This document shows positions 1 to 11,785 of a DNA stretch of 64,000 bases, piece by piece. Below the pieces are notes generated by a model. It worked only from the letters and a program-made list of their open reading frames with translations, searched no databases and was not told the origin of the DNA. How positions within the stretch are numbered: the stretch's first letter is position 1; every line of letters begins with the position of its first letter. Source of the stretch: an uncultured Methanosarcinaceae archaeon. GTDB taxonomy: Archaea; Halobacteriota; Methanosarcinia; Methanosarcinales; Methanosarcinaceae. Made by a program: the position numbers and the translations under genes. The stretch lies in assembly GCA_963733675.1 (NCBI GenBank), contig CAVTET010000001.1:960001-1024000 (forward strand), given 5' to 3'.

Positions 1-196
1 TAGACACCCATCTTGGCTGATCGGTTACAATGTTTATATATGCAATTTATTAAAATTTGAAGTTTATAGAAATTCCTTATAAATTCAGGAGTATTTCGAC
101 AAACCTCTGATTTTTATGAGCTATTGATCTATCATTTATAAGCATAGGCCATAATTTAGATCTTTTATCTTTACAAATATCAGGAAAGGAGTTCAC

Positions 197-1384
197 TTGA
201 CAGAGGATATTACGGGCCCTGAGGATCTACAGGCAATGTGTAATTTAGTTATGGAAAAAGATTCTAAATACGTGATGCAAACTTATGGGCGCCAGCCCCT
301 TGTACTATCAAAAGGGAGGGGGGCGCTTGTCCAAGACATTAATGGACAGGAGTATATTGACTGTGTTGCAGGAATTGCAGTAAACAATGTTGGACATTGC
401 CATCCAAGGGTTGTCAGGGCAATACAGGCTCAGGCTGAGAAACTGATTCATGTCTCTAACCTTTATTATACAGAAATCCAGGCTGAACTTGCTGAAGCTC
501 TGGTTTCGGTTACAGGTATGGAGCGTGTTTTTTTCTGTAATTCAGGAGCTGAAGCTATGGAGGGCGCAATGAAATTGGCCCGCCTAGTTTCTGGGAAAAG
601 CGCTTTTGTAGCGGCTGAACATTCTTTTCACGGCAGAACAATTGGGTCACTCAGCGTAACTCACAAGAATATTTACAGGGATCCATTCATGCCTCCTGTC
701 AGTTCTGATACTATCTTTGTTCCATATTCAGATATCAATGCCATCAGGCAGGCGATCTCTGAAAATACTGCAGCAGTTATCCTTGAGCCTATCCAGGGGG
801 AAGGAGGAGTAAATATACCGAAGCCAGAATACCTCAAGTATGTGAGGGAAATATGTGATGAAACTGGAACTCTTCTTATATTTGACGAAGTGCAGACAGG
901 TTTTGGCAGGACAGGCACTTGGTTTTGTAAAGAGCAATTCGGAGTTGAGCCTGACATCATGAGTCTGGCAAAAGCAATCGGAGGAGGCTTTCCAATGGGT
1001 GCCATCACTACCAGGGGAGATATTGGTTTCGGCCTCGGACAGCATGCTTCTACCTTTGGAGGGTGTCCTCTCGCCTGTGCAGCAGCCCTTGCTTCTATTG
1101 AAGCAATTAAGGAAGACGAACTCGTTAAGCGCTCGAAGGAAAACGGGACCTATTTTATGGAAAAACTGAGGGGCATGGAAAGGGAAGATGTTGTGGAGGT
1201 ACGTGGGAAGGGACTCATGATAGGAATCGAGATAAAGTATCCCTGCAGCAAATTTGTAGATTTTGCAAGGGAGAACGGCGTACTCTTAAATTGTATATCA
1301 GACTCAGTGCTCCGTCTGGTTCCTCCGCTAGTAATTACTAAAGAGCAGATTGATACGGTAGTTGATGTACTTGAGCAGGCCTGA
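197..1384 (+). CDS. argD: Acetylornithine aminotransferase (class III PLP)
   Basis: [27 protein letters not shown] and SLAKAIGGG motifs. Confidence 0.9.
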   Translation: MTEDITGPEDLQAMCNLVMEKDSKYVMQTYGRQPLVLSKGRGALVQDINGQEYIDCVAGIAVNNVGHCHPRVVRAIQAQAEKLIHVSNLYYTEIQAELAEALVSVTGMERVFFCNSGAEAMEGAMKLARLVSGKSAFVAAEHSFHGRTIGSLSVTHKNIYRDPFMPPVSSDTIFVPYSDINAIRQAISENTAAVILEPIQGEGGVNIPKPEYLKYVREICDETGTLLIFDEVQTGFGRTGTWFCKEQFGVEPDIMSLAKAIGGGFPMGAITTRGDIGFGLGQHASTFGGCPLACAAALASIEAIKEDELVKRSKENGTYFMEKLRGMEREDVVEVRGKGLMIGIEIKYPCSKFVDFARENGVLLNCISDSVLRLVPPLVITKEQIDTVVDVLEQA

Positions 1385-2465
1385 ATTAATAAAAAAAGAC
1401 ATATTTGACATTGCAGAGTATGTTCCCGGAAAATCCATCGAAGAGATCGCTTCTGCCTACAGGCTCGATAAGGCTTCGATTATCAAGCTAGGCTCGAATG
1501 AAAATCCCCTCGGACCTTCTTCGAAAGCTGTTCAAGCTCTGATAGACGCAGCCCCTTATGCGAATATTTACCCATCGGCAGATGCTCTGGAATTTAGAGA
1601 AGCTCTATCAGAATATACAGGTTTTCCAGTTTCGAACATCGTAGCATCAGGGCCTGGAATGGATGGGCTACTTGATGGACTTTGTAGGCTCATGATCGAA
1701 AAAGGAGATGAGGTCATAATTCCTGTTCCTACCTTTGCCTATTATGAGCTGGCAGCTCGAGCATGTGGAGGGAAACCAATATTTGTCAGGCGAAACCAAA
1801 ACTTTTCTCTGGCTACTCGGAAAGTTCTGGAAGCCGAGTCTTCCAGGACAAAAATAATTTTCCTTTGTTCCCCTAACAATCCATCAGGTAACCTTCTTCC
1901 AGAATCTAGTCTCAGAAAGATACTCATAAATACTAGAGCCCTTGTGTTCGTTGACGAAGCTTATGTAGAGTTTGCAGACAGGAACCTTGTTGGTCTTGTA
2001 CAAGAGTATGATAATCTTGTTGTGGGTAGAACTTTTTCCAAGGTATTTGGTCTTGCAGGCCTGCGCCTTGGTTATGGAATTCTGCCTGAATGGTTGGCAA
2101 AAGAGTATATTAAAGCAGCAACTCCATTCTCAGTAAGCTTTCCGGCCTTAAAAGCAGGAATAGCTGCTCTTTTGGATGCCGAACACATAAGAAAGACCAT
2201 AGAAATTACAAGGGAGGGCAGAGAATATCTTAAAAAAAAAATTCCTTTCAAGGTTTATCCTTCTCAGGCAAATTTCGTACTTGTGGATGTTGCTCCTTTG
2301 AAAGCAAAAGCAGTCGCAGAAAACCTGATGAAAAAAGGGCTAATCGTGCGCCCCTGCGATTCTTTTCGAGATGCGGGAGAAACCTTTATCAGGATAACAG
2401 TCGGTACTCCTGAACAGAACAAAAAGGTTGTCAATTCTTTTAAAGCTGTGAAAAAGGAGGTTTAA
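1362..2465 (+). CDS. hisC: Histidinol-phosphate aminotransferase
   Basis: [28 protein letters not shown] and [16 protein letters not shown] motifs. Confidence 0.9.
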   Translation: MMYLSRPELIKKDIFDIAEYVPGKSIEEIASAYRLDKASIIKLGSNENPLGPSSKAVQALIDAAPYANIYPSADALEFREALSEYTGFPVSNIVASGPGMDGLLDGLCRLMIEKGDEVIIPVPTFAYYELAARACGGKPIFVRRNQNFSLATRKVLEAESSRTKIIFLCSPNNPSGNLLPESSLRKILINTRALVFVDEAYVEFADRNLVGLVQEYDNLVVGRTFSKVFGLAGLRLGYGILPEWLAKEYIKAATPFSVSFPALKAGIAALLDAEHIRKTIEITREGREYLKKKIPFKVYPSQANFVLVDVAPLKAKAVAENLMKKGLIVRPCDSFRDAGETFIRITVGTPEQNKKVVNSFKAVKKEV

Positions 2466-2516
2466 AAATTTTTACATTTTCAGTAACAAGTGTTTATTTC
2501 TTCTAAATTCTTGTTT

Positions 2517-2906
2517 TCAAACATTTAATTCCTCTATTTCTTCAATTTTCATCAGCGGATAATTGAGTTCTGTGTCAAATTCCATCCCAACTTTCGCCTT
2601 TACAGAGCCATATTTTACAGCGATTTTTACTCTAAGCATTGGACCCTGAAGTTCAGAGTAACCGAATTTGTTTCCCAGTTTGCTTTTCAGCATTTCTCTG
2701 TCGATATTTACAGAAATTTCATTTACATAAGGTTGGAGTGAAATGCATTTCTGAATAGCCTGTTCAAAACTAGAAACAGTGTCTAAATTTATAGGCGATC
2801 CTGTAAATTGATGGTAAAGAGCTCCAAGCTTTATTCCTGCTTCAAAGAGTGCATTGTCCCTATCAGTTATCTTTTCTCGAATCAAATAAATCTCTCCTGC
2901 TGACAT
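2517..2906 (-). CDS. mptD: Archaeal dihydroneopterin aldolase family protein
   Basis: FEAGIKLGALYHQFTG and GYSEL motifs, C-terminal LNYPLM. Confidence 0.8.
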   Translation of the reverse strand: MSAGEIYLIREKITDRDNALFEAGIKLGALYHQFTGSPINLDTVSSFEQAIQKCISLQPYVNEISVNIDREMLKSKLGNKFGYSELQGPMLRVKIAVKYGSVKAKVGMEFDTELNYPLMKIEEIEELNV

Positions 2907-2937
2907 TTATGAGTAAACATGCCAAAATGAATCAGGT

Positions 2938-3684
2938 TTATTGCCTCTTCTCTTTTCCTCCAGCTTCCAGTTTTTTATCTTGATATTCTTTGTTATTCAA
3001 ATTATTAAGCAAAGGAATTTTGAAAAAGGGAGATAACAGATAAATTAGCATCAGGATAAAAGGTAAAATAGAAAAAATCCTCATATACTCCACCATATTA
3101 ATAAAATAGAGAAGCATGATTAGCCCGAAAATGGAAGCTATAAAAGTTAAGATCTTTGTATTTCTGATCTTCGGATAGCTCACGCTACTTACCATAAGAA
3201 GAGACAGAGCAAGGGTAAGAGCAAGAAGAAAATCTATTCTTACAAAGTATTTGTCCAGCAAAAGATAGGTCACCAGCATAACACAACATGCGGGAATAGG
3301 AAGCCCTTCAAATCCGTTTTTCTGGGAGGATACTGATGAATTGAAACGTGCGAGCCTTAGCACACCACACACAGTGTAAAAAACCGAAAGTACCGCAACA
3401 ATAGGATCTTCTCCTCCGAATCCTATGTATATAAGAAAAGCAGGGGCAACTCCAAATGAAACTGCATCAGCAAAAGAATCAAGATCTTTCCCAAGTTCTC
3501 CTCCTTCGAACCTTCTAGCAATGTAGCCATCCGCTCCATCTGCAACTACCGCAAGCAGGAGTAAGATCAAAGCAAGATCTAAAGAGCCATTATGGCTAAC
3601 TGAAATAGAGCTAATTCCGAAGATAAGGTTCAAAAGAGAGACAAAGTCCGGAAGTCTTAGCATTTTAAATATGTTCATATTCAA
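2938..3684 (-). CDS. pssA: Archaetidylserine synthase (CDP-alcohol phosphatidyltransferase)
   Basis: DGADGYIARR...G..LDSFADAVSFGVAP motif; adjacent to psd. Confidence 0.9.
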   Translation of the reverse strand: MNMNIFKMLRLPDFVSLLNLIFGISSISVSHNGSLDLALILLLLAVVADGADGYIARRFEGGELGKDLDSFADAVSFGVAPAFLIYIGFGGEDPIVAVLSVFYTVCGVLRLARFNSSVSSQKNGFEGLPIPACCVMLVTYLLLDKYFVRIDFLLALTLALSLLMVSSVSYPKIRNTKILTFIASIFGLIMLLYFINMVEYMRIFSILPFILMLIYLLSPFFKIPLLNNLNNKEYQDKKLEAGGKEKRQ

Positions 3685-4321
3685 AGTCCCTATTATATTT
3701 TATTTTTGCTATAATTGTCTTGCCTGCAAGTACTCTCTCACCTTTTCCTACTATGATTTCGAAATCTTCAGGAATTGTTACGTCGACCCTTGATCCAAAA
3801 CGAATCATTCCTATGCGTTGTCCCTGCTCGATGACATCGTTCACCCTTGAATACGAGACAATCCTGCGGGCAATTGCGCCGGCTATCTGTATTACGCTGA
3901 CATCTCCATATTTGCTATGGATGACAAACTCGTTTCTTTCGTTTCTTTCAGAGTCTTTATGGTAAGCAGGGAGATATCCACCTTTTTTATAGGTTATTTC
4001 CGTGATTTTTCCGGAAATTGGAGCTCTATTTACATGTACATTCTGGAAAAACATGAAAATACATATTTTTCGGTCTCTGATGTCTATAACAGTACCATCT
4101 GCTGGTGAGATCATATAAGTGTCCGAAACTTCCACTTTTCTTTCTGGATCTCTGAAAAAAAGAACCATAAAGAAAGTTACTGCTACTCCTATGTGAACAG
4201 CATGATTGATTGAAGAACTGTTCATCACCCTGGAGAGGATTGCAAAAAGTGAAGTTACAGATACAGCCGCAAAAATCCAGGGTTCTGAGCCCTTCGCAAT
4301 CATTACTTCAGTCCTCCCCAT
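3665..4321 (-). CDS. psd: Phosphatidylserine/archaetidylserine decarboxylase proenzyme
   Basis: FFRDPER, SPADG, HVNRAP and GMIRFGSRVD cleavage motif. Confidence 0.9.
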   Translation of the reverse strand: MGRTEVMIAKGSEPWIFAAVSVTSLFAILSRVMNSSSINHAVHIGVAVTFFMVLFFRDPERKVEVSDTYMISPADGTVIDIRDRKICIFMFFQNVHVNRAPISGKITEITYKKGGYLPAYHKDSERNERNEFVIHSKYGDVSVIQIAGAIARRIVSYSRVNDVIEQGQRIGMIRFGSRVDVTIPEDFEIIVGKGERVLAGKTIIAKIKYNRDFEYEHI

Positions 4322-5210
4322 GTAGCTTCACTAGGGATCTCAATTCTTCGGAAAGGATGACCAAAAGGCCATCAATCATTTCCAGAAGTTCAGGCAGAAT
4401 TCGGAGCACTGCGTATGAAATTACGAAAAGAGCAATTACTGAACCCGCCTTCGCGATGTAATTATGTGCGATTATAAAGCTATTAGCACCAAACCATTGC
4501 TCCCCATAAGCCACTACTACAAAAATATCCCTTATAAGATTAAGCACATAAATCACAGGTATAGATACGGTAAAAGCTGTAACCAGGCGACTAAGGGGAG
4601 CTCTAACTGCACCTATAAGTCCCATAAAGAGAGCAATGCTCTCAATTGCTGTACAGGCAAGAATGATCTCTACTGTATGTCCATTAAGGGTTATCAGATT
4701 CCAGCCTTTCATGTGAGCAGGAATATCAAAATACTGGAGAATCCAGACTACTTGAGAGGTAACTCCTCCTATAATCCAGGTATTTAGGTCGGGCAAAATC
4801 ACAAATGGAAAGTAAACTAGAGCTCCGAGTGCACAGGCACTTGTAAGCATCGAAGTCACATTTTGGAAATCAACTCTCTCCATAGTTGAAAACTTCGAGT
4901 GCAGGATCTCTCCATTATTTAGTAGATGAAGGGGGCCTTTCCTGTACTCGTGAAACATAATAAATGCCATAAATATGCAAAATAAAGTAGCAACTATTGA
5001 CAGGAGCACATTGACATAGTCTAAGACCTTGAGGTAATGGAAAGGCTGATAACTCCAATAAATGGAAAATGTACACCATCCTATCCCTCCGACAAGTTTA
5101 CGAATCCTTAATGTTCTTGGGACGGCGGATGAAGTGACCATTAACCCTACTGCGAGCCAGAGTATATTCTCTATCATTTTTATGCACCTTTTTGGCCAGG
5201 ATAAAGACAA
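4308..5210 (-). CDS. artA: Archaeosortase A
   Basis: Multi-TM protein with IILACTAIES catalytic Cys, NLIRD and AHN.IAK motifs; clustered with psd/pssA. Confidence 0.85.
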   Translation of the reverse strand: MSLSWPKRCIKMIENILWLAVGLMVTSSAVPRTLRIRKLVGGIGWCTFSIYWSYQPFHYLKVLDYVNVLLSIVATLFCIFMAFIMFHEYRKGPLHLLNNGEILHSKFSTMERVDFQNVTSMLTSACALGALVYFPFVILPDLNTWIIGGVTSQVVWILQYFDIPAHMKGWNLITLNGHTVEIILACTAIESIALFMGLIGAVRAPLSRLVTAFTVSIPVIYVLNLIRDIFVVVAYGEQWFGANSFIIAHNYIAKAGSVIALFVISYAVLRILPELLEMIDGLLVILSEELRSLVKLHGED

Positions 5211-5661
5211 ATTATATCTTTTTTTCCCTTATTTTTGATTCCTGAGAAAAATCTCGGGCAATTGAAGTTTCTGGAAAGTAACATATGAAGTTCTCTAAAA
5301 TAATTAATAGATTTCCATCAGATACTTCTAATGGTTTGAAATATATATGCTTTTTATACTATTTGGTGGGTTTTGATTCATTAAAGTCAATTGCGAGTGG
5401 AATTAATGATAAATTTTTGAGGTCCTAGGATATATCCCCAATTTTCAATATATTAATGTACATAATATTAAAGTGATTCAAAGATTTTGGATTTTACTTA
5501 TTTACATAATGGAATTTTCCCCCCATAAATACAAAGGATCAAATGAACATTATAGATAAGATAACAAATTTCTATTATACAAAAATAGCGTTACAAAAGT
5601 ATGCTTATTTATATAAAACTGGCGGGATGAACTAAATTATGGAAATAGAGCAAAAGAAATT

Positions 5662-7165
5662 GTAACTATTCAGAGATCTTTTATCTTTGCTACCTTGAGC
5701 ACTGGTGAAATTAATCTCTATAACCGGCAAACTATTTTTTCGGATGTGGTAAATTTAGGTTCTACTTTTGCAGCAAGCTGCAGTTCATTGTATGATTCTA
5801 AAAGTTCCTGACATTTTTGCTGTAATTTCATTATTTTGATGCACCTTTATGTCTGATTATTTTCAGAACTATCAGTTCCTTAAGAACTCTCATGATCTTT
5901 TTTTGTATCTTACAAATTTATCAAGTATATTTTATGTATTTATTTGTGGAATTGAACATCATTTTCTTTGTTTTTGAAAGTTTGAAGAAGGTGGATTTAC
6001 TTCACTTCCTTTAATGACTGCTTAATCGAACCTTTCTTTCAACGCTTTAATCTGCTCTAAATTCAACTCTTGAATTTGCTCTTTGCATTAATCAGTGTAT
6101 TTTTTTATTTCTGTTAAAAGCTTATTCATATCTTCAGCTCATTGGTGTTTATAATTTTCTTCAATTTCATTAAGTTATTTAGGGAGATGAGCATTGCAAA
6201 GAGAGTGAGTACATTCATAACTGTTTTCGGATTTCCGTTTATCATGAACTGCTATTCCTTTGACCTTCAAAAGAATTCACATACTTTTATTATTTGAGAT
6301 TCTCTTTTTGGATGAAAAAGATACCATATGTATTTGTCATTGGAAGTAAATGGCGAATGTCATATTTCTTGATTTTCATCCTTGTTTCATCACAATGGAT
6401 GATAGTGGGAGTTATTAACTTATCCCTAATCAAGTTTTCAAATTTATCCAAATTCCGGAAACATTCTCTTTCCGTTTAATTATGATAGCAGAACGGATTT
6501 TCATCCTATAACACCAGTAAAAAACTCCAAAATACTTTCATAGGGGATAGCTGGTAGTTTTTGCAGTAGACTGCTGAAATTAATATTCGGCCCATGCTGG
6601 TATAGATATTTCACTGATCTAGGAAAAACAGTTTAATTTAATCTTCTAGGATCAGGAAAGTTTTTTTCTGACTTCGATGTTCTGTAACAATATTTACATG
6701 CATAATATCAAAACGTTATACTTTCTACTAAGCTTCAACCTCAACATCCTAAAGAGAGTGTTCGGATTCTTTAAAGTAGTTCGAAGAATATTCTATTCGC
6801 CAATCAAAACCATTAACCATATCATGAATTGTTAGTAGAGGATCACTTTGACATCCTAGTCTCTTATAACCTTTTTTGTGGAGATTCTTGGAATTGGGTT
6901 TCTCTTTGACAAAAAATTAGTAAAAGGATGTTTGATAATGTTACGACTGTTTTGATTTAAGTAAAATTTCAATAAGATTAATCTTCAAGTGAGTTTTTTG
7001 ATTTGGGATTCAAGTCTCTTGATACAAGCAATAACTTTGGGGTTTGAAACATACAGATTAATACATTTATGTTTCATAGCAATAAAATAATTCATTTTAC
7101 ATTCAATTATCCTTCGTTTCGATGAAAAATTGTGGAGTTACTTCCCAGGCTAACTAAATAGTTAC
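5662..7165 (-). mobile_element. Degenerate IS66-family element (transposase pseudogene)
   Basis: Inverted ends GTAACTATTCAG (5662) and CTAAATAGTTAC (ends 7165). The minus strand near 6100-6220 reads SYECTHSLCNAHL..LNEIEENYKHQ*AEDMNKLLTEIKK, IS66-like with many stops. Confidence 0.7.
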
Positions 7166-7426
7166 AAAAAGTTTTTAATTTTAATGAGCGAGAATCATTT
7201 AAGGGAGTCCACTACATAAGGAACTATTCTGCTTGATAGGAATTATATTCAGAGCGTTATAGATTGATACAATTGTCCCTACAGAGTTGGATATAAATAC
7301 AATGAAAGGCACTTTTGAGAACATGCTTAAAAAGATTTATAAGGATAATTGAAATAGGATGACGAGTTTCTACTTTATACACAATAATAATAAATTGAGA
7401 ATTTTTATGTACCTCGAATTTATTCA

Positions 7427-7464
7427 TATGCTTATAGTGGTATATTATGCTTATAGTGGTATAT
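7427..7464. repeat. Perfect 19-bp tandem duplication TATGCTTATAGTGGTATAT x2
   Basis: Read directly from sequence. Confidence 0.9.
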
Positions 7465-7598
7465 AAATGACTCGTTAAAATCAGAGATTGATCTCAATCC
7501 TTAATTATTTAACCTGACGTTTTTGCCGGTAAAAGCTGATTCAGAAAGTAATATGTCTGCGAGAAGGATTCCAAAAAGGTGAATCACGAAGGCACTTT

Positions 7599-8033
7599 AT
7601 GTTACCTCAAACTCCTAGTTTAACCGTTGATGCCATAATTCTCTTAAAAAACAGGCTGGTCCTTGTGAAGAGGAAAAATCCTCCTTACAGGGGAAACTTT
7701 GCTCTTCCTGGGGGTTTCGTCTCAATAGGGGAAAGTACTGAAAAAGCAGTTATAAGAGAATCTTTTGAAGAAACATGCCTTCTTGTAGAAATTGTAAAAT
7801 TAGTTGGGGTCTATTCCGATCCTCAACGTGATCCTAGAGGTCATATAGTTTCAGTATGTTACCTTGCAAAGGGATCAGGAAGTCCAAAATCAGGTTCTGA
7901 CGTCTCTTCTGCCGAATTTTTCGAGCTTGAGTCGATTCCTGAACTGGCTTTTGACCACAATAAAATGATAAATGATGCAAAAAGTGATATCAATGCAGTT
8001 CTGTACCAAATGCAAAAGCATGATGTTTCCTAA
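7599..8033 (+). CDS. NUDIX hydrolase (ADP-ribose pyrophosphatase-like)
   Basis: LPGGFV..GESTEKAVIRESFEET Nudix box, RDPRGH, LAFDH. Confidence 0.85.
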   Translation: MLPQTPSLTVDAIILLKNRLVLVKRKNPPYRGNFALPGGFVSIGESTEKAVIRESFEETCLLVEIVKLVGVYSDPQRDPRGHIVSVCYLAKGSGSPKSGSDVSSAEFFELESIPELAFDHNKMINDAKSDINAVLYQMQKHDVS

Positions 8034-8307
8034 GGATGGTAATTACCTGTGTAGAAAATGCGGGAACACAATACCCATTAAGAATAATGCACAGAATTTT
8101 GTTTCAAAAGCCATGATTGAAGATCGTGAAGTAGTGGTTCTTGAAGGTGAACAGATTTCAGGTTTGCCAACAACAAGTGCAAAATGCCCAGAGTGTGGAA
8201 ATAACACTGCTTCTTGGTGGCTCAGGCAGCTTAGGTCTGCAGACGAGTCGGAAACCCGTTTCTTCAAGTGTACAAAATGCAAGTTCACATGGAGAGAATA
8301 CGACTGA
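7993..8307 (+). CDS. tfs: Transcription elongation factor TFS
   Basis: Two Zn ribbons with QLRSADESETRFFKC; start taken at MQFCTKC (ATG 7993). Confidence 0.9.
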   Translation: MQFCTKCKSMMFPKDGNYLCRKCGNTIPIKNNAQNFVSKAMIEDREVVVLEGEQISGLPTTSAKCPECGNNTASWWLRQLRSADESETRFFKCTKCKFTWREYD

Positions 8308-8610
8308 AAATCAGATGTTTTTCTACAAGGTCGTTATAGAGCATATTCTCAGAAAAGTGAATTCTCATATGTGCGAGAAGAGCTATTTTCTGGCTAAGGC
8401 AGATCCTGAAGACTTCTCGTATTCTGACCAAGATTTATATAGTTACCAAGAGTTTGGATTAATAATTTCCCAAATCCCAGATATCTACTATACTTTTTTT
8501 GGAAGTTTTCCCATCGGAAAGACCGAAAACTCCCAAATCTGTACAGAAATATATATATCGCAAGGGTAATAAAGAATTTGAGATTTAAATTTATTTAGCG
8601 GAGAAGAATT

Positions 8611-9348
8611 ATGTTCAAGGCAGCAATTAATGCAGAGCTTCTGAAAGACGCAATTGCCGCACTGGCTGTAATTGTAGATGAGGTTAGATTTAAGATAAAA
8701 CCGGAGGGAATTTCGGTAAAAGCTGTTGATCCTGCCAACGTTGCAATGGGGATTTTTGAGCTTGGATCATCAGCTTTTGACGAATATAGCGCTGATGAGT
8801 GTGAAATCGGAATTGACTTGAACAAGATTACGGATCTGCTAGGGATTACGGATAAGAGCGACACAATTCGGATGGAACTCGAAGAGGGAAATCATAAGCT
8901 CCTGATTAATGTTGGAGGGCTGTCTTATACCCTTTCTCTTCTCGATCCCTCTACAATTCGTGCAGAACCAAGAGTTCCTCAGCTCGAGTTGCCTGTAAAA
9001 GTTGTTCTGAACGGTGCAGATCTCAGGCGTGCGGTGAAAGCCGCAGAAAAAATAAGCGATCATATGCTCATGGGAGTTTCTGGTGATACTTTTTATATGG
9101 AAGCAAGAGGCGATACGGACCAAGTTCGCCTGGAGATGGGTAGAGACCAGTTAATTGACTTGAAGGCAGGTGAAGTCTGTTCTCTCTTTTCTTTGGACTA
9201 TTTGACAGATATAGTCAAACCTACAAACAAGGTCAATGAGGTTACCCTCTCTCTTGGAAAAGATTTTCCTGTCCTTATAGATTTTGAAATTGCAAATGGC
9301 GCAGGAAAAATTTCTTATTTCCTGGCTCCAAGAATAGAATCGGATTAA
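8611..9348 (+). CDS. pcn: DNA sliding clamp PCNA
   Basis: AVDPANVAM, FSLDYL, C-terminal YFLAPRIE. Confidence 0.95.
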   Translation: MFKAAINAELLKDAIAALAVIVDEVRFKIKPEGISVKAVDPANVAMGIFELGSSAFDEYSADECEIGIDLNKITDLLGITDKSDTIRMELEEGNHKLLINVGGLSYTLSLLDPSTIRAEPRVPQLELPVKVVLNGADLRRAVKAAEKISDHMLMGVSGDTFYMEARGDTDQVRLEMGRDQLIDLKAGEVCSLFSLDYLTDIVKPTNKVNEVTLSLGKDFPVLIDFEIANGAGKISYFLAPRIESD

Positions 9349-9352
9349 TAGT

Positions 9353-10399
9353 ATGCAGGCAGATAAATTTGCATATTATCCTTTTATTTCAGAAGCATCG
9401 ATCCATGTTGAAAATTTAGGTATTTCTTTGGATAGTCTGCTTAATTCCCGTGCTTTCCGGACCGCAAGGGTCCGGGGAATTGAAAGAGTAAAAGAGGCTC
9501 TGGAAGGGGAAATCAAGAAATTTTATTTATTTGGGGAAGCCCAGGCTCTCTCTGAGCTCCTTTCATATCCGTTTGCAAGGATGCTGGTTGCATGTGTGAA
9601 TGATCCACTTTTTACCCGTCGTTATTCTTTGGCAGAAGCTAAAGCTGCCTATAATATTCTCAAAAATGAAAATCCGATTTTTTTGCTTGAGTTCGGAGAA
9701 GATTTTAGAATTTCAGTAGAATTCAAAGATACTTATTTCATCATGCATTTTACGGATTATATTCACTTTTCAAACTCCCTTAAAGATCCTGCCTGGAAAC
9801 TTACAAACCGCAATTTCAGAGCTGGAAAAGTAAGTATTACCAAAGAAGAATTTGCTAGGCTCCTTGAAGAAGCAATCAGAGAGCGGATTGAACATTTCTT
9901 ACCTATTCCTGAGATCCCTGAAGAAGTTTCTAATTTCTGTGCCCCGTATGTTGCCGAGATAAAGGATCAGTTCGAGATTCAAAAGAAAAAATTTTGGGCT
10001 ACAGACTTTGGGATTGTTGAGCCAGAGTTTTTCCCCCCATGTATTTTCCATGCCATTGCAAACGTAAAGAGCGGGGTGAATCTTGCACATTCGATGCGCT
10101 TTGCCATGACATCTTTCCTGCTAAGCGTTGGAATGTCAGTAGATGAAATTCTTAATCTTTTCAACATCTCTCCTGATTTTGGCACGGAAAAAACCCTTTA
10201 CCAGATAGAGCACATTTCAGGCTCTACAGGTAATAAATATAAGCCACCTGCCTGTGATACCATGAGAACCTATGGCAATTGTATTGGGAAAGATAGATTA
10301 TGTAAAAAAATCAACCATCCTTTGAGTTATTACGAAAAGAGGATATATTTAAAAAATAAGGAAAAAGAAAATGGAAATGAAATAGAGCAAGGTAAGTGA
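9353..10399 (+). CDS. priL: DNA primase large subunit
   Basis: FPPCI, NLAHSMRF, YQIEHI and YKPPACDTM..C...C Fe-S domain motifs. Confidence 0.9.
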   Translation: MQADKFAYYPFISEASIHVENLGISLDSLLNSRAFRTARVRGIERVKEALEGEIKKFYLFGEAQALSELLSYPFARMLVACVNDPLFTRRYSLAEAKAAYNILKNENPIFLLEFGEDFRISVEFKDTYFIMHFTDYIHFSNSLKDPAWKLTNRNFRAGKVSITKEEFARLLEEAIRERIEHFLPIPEIPEEVSNFCAPYVAEIKDQFEIQKKKFWATDFGIVEPEFFPPCIFHAIANVKSGVNLAHSMRFAMTSFLLSVGMSVDEILNLFNISPDFGTEKTLYQIEHISGSTGNKYKPPACDTMRTYGNCIGKDRLCKKINHPLSYYEKRIYLKNKEKENGNEIEQGK

Positions 10400-10549
10400 C
10401 TTTCTGTTGCAAAATTAAACTCATTTTTGCAGGTGTAACAATTCATTTCACTTAAATGGAAACTGTTTAGATAATTTTTACCTTAATATCTTTGTTTCTT
10501 ATGTTTACTTCAGTTAAAATTTCTACAAAAATGAACATATGACATAAAT

Positions 10550-11375
10550 AAAGCTCATGCTATTTTCTTCGTCTCAGATGTTACATTTAAGTGATGTATT
10601 GATATCTTTTTGCGGAAACTGTATAGTGATACAATCAGGAATCTCTTCCTGAAAGACAGTTGACCAAATATAGAAAAATCTTCTCCAAATGTTCGTAAAA
10701 AAATTATCAAATAAGATAAATTTTGGATAAAAATGAAATCAAGCGCTGTATTTAGACTTCAAACATGTCTAAATCTTATAAAATATCTTAACTACGAAAT
10801 CAAAAATCAAGAGAGGTGAATTTTCAATTATGCTTATTGAAAGCATAAAAGTTGGATGGAAATTTTAGTGCCTGTTCAGTATATTAGGAAAATTGTTGAA
10901 GCACTTCTAATTGCTGAAATAGGCAATTTCACTTTTTTTAGGATATAAGCTTGCTTCATGGTTCAGAATAGTTCCGAATGTATATCATTCTGCGTATAAA
11001 TTCTACAACTGGAGAATCACAACAAGAGTATCAAAGGTAACAACTTGGACTCTAAAGTAGATTGCTCAGGCAGCAACAAGAAAAAAGATAGCAATTAAAA
11101 GATTTTTTTAACTGGAATAAGAAATCAATTGAACCTTTAAAGTCAAGTATTGACCTGGCAAGTAAAATTGCTACAATAATATGGCATCTTGTTACAAATT
11201 ATAGATATACAAAGATAAAGCAGGTATAAAAAAGATGAAATTCAAGAAAGGAAAATTGTTGAGACTGAAACCTATTCTGTTGATAAATGTGTATAATTGG
11301 TTAAGTAATAACAACTGTGGGAAAAGAGGGAGGATAAAGTACATGAAGAAGATAGTCTCAGGTACTTCATGCTAA
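10550..11375 (+). mobile_element. Degenerate IS110-family transposase remnant
   Basis: Fragments LLIAEIGNF, LASWFRIVPNVYHSA, IAQAATR and LASKIATIIWHLVTN in broken frames. Confidence 0.65.
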
Positions 11376-11785
11376 AATTGAAGGCTTTATGCTTATTGTA
11401 GTTTGAAAAATAGAAATAAGTATAATCAAATTTATCTTAAAATTATAAAAGTCCGGAAGAGCAAGTAAAACTTATCTTGAAGAGGTAATTATGATTTTTA
11501 ATGTAAAAATTCAGAGTCAGAGACTTTTTATTATCTTTCTGGGTTTTGATATATTGCAGTCTCAGGACGCAGTAAATAAGAATGAATTTTTGCGATCCTG
11601 AAGATGTTTAAAAGTCTCTGGGATTAAGTTAAAGATATAAAATGTTTTATTGTCAACTTTTTAGGAAAAATTGTAAACGAATAAAAATAATCATTTGGAA
11701 CTATCACAAATTGAAAATACTGTAAATAAGATAACTATAAATAGCAAAACAAATTTGAGATTACAGTATTATAAAATCAAACGAG

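Noticed and set aside
2938-5210. artA-psd-pssA clustering as a novel system
   Set aside because: Already established: archaeosortase-linked lipid anchoring uses PssA/Psd
8141-8569. 142-aa plus-strand ORF overlapping tfs
   Set aside because: Alternative frame with no recognisable motifs
10400-11375. Functional IS110 bridge-RNA system
   Set aside because: Transposase is heavily fragmented and I could not identify a bridge-RNA structure by eye
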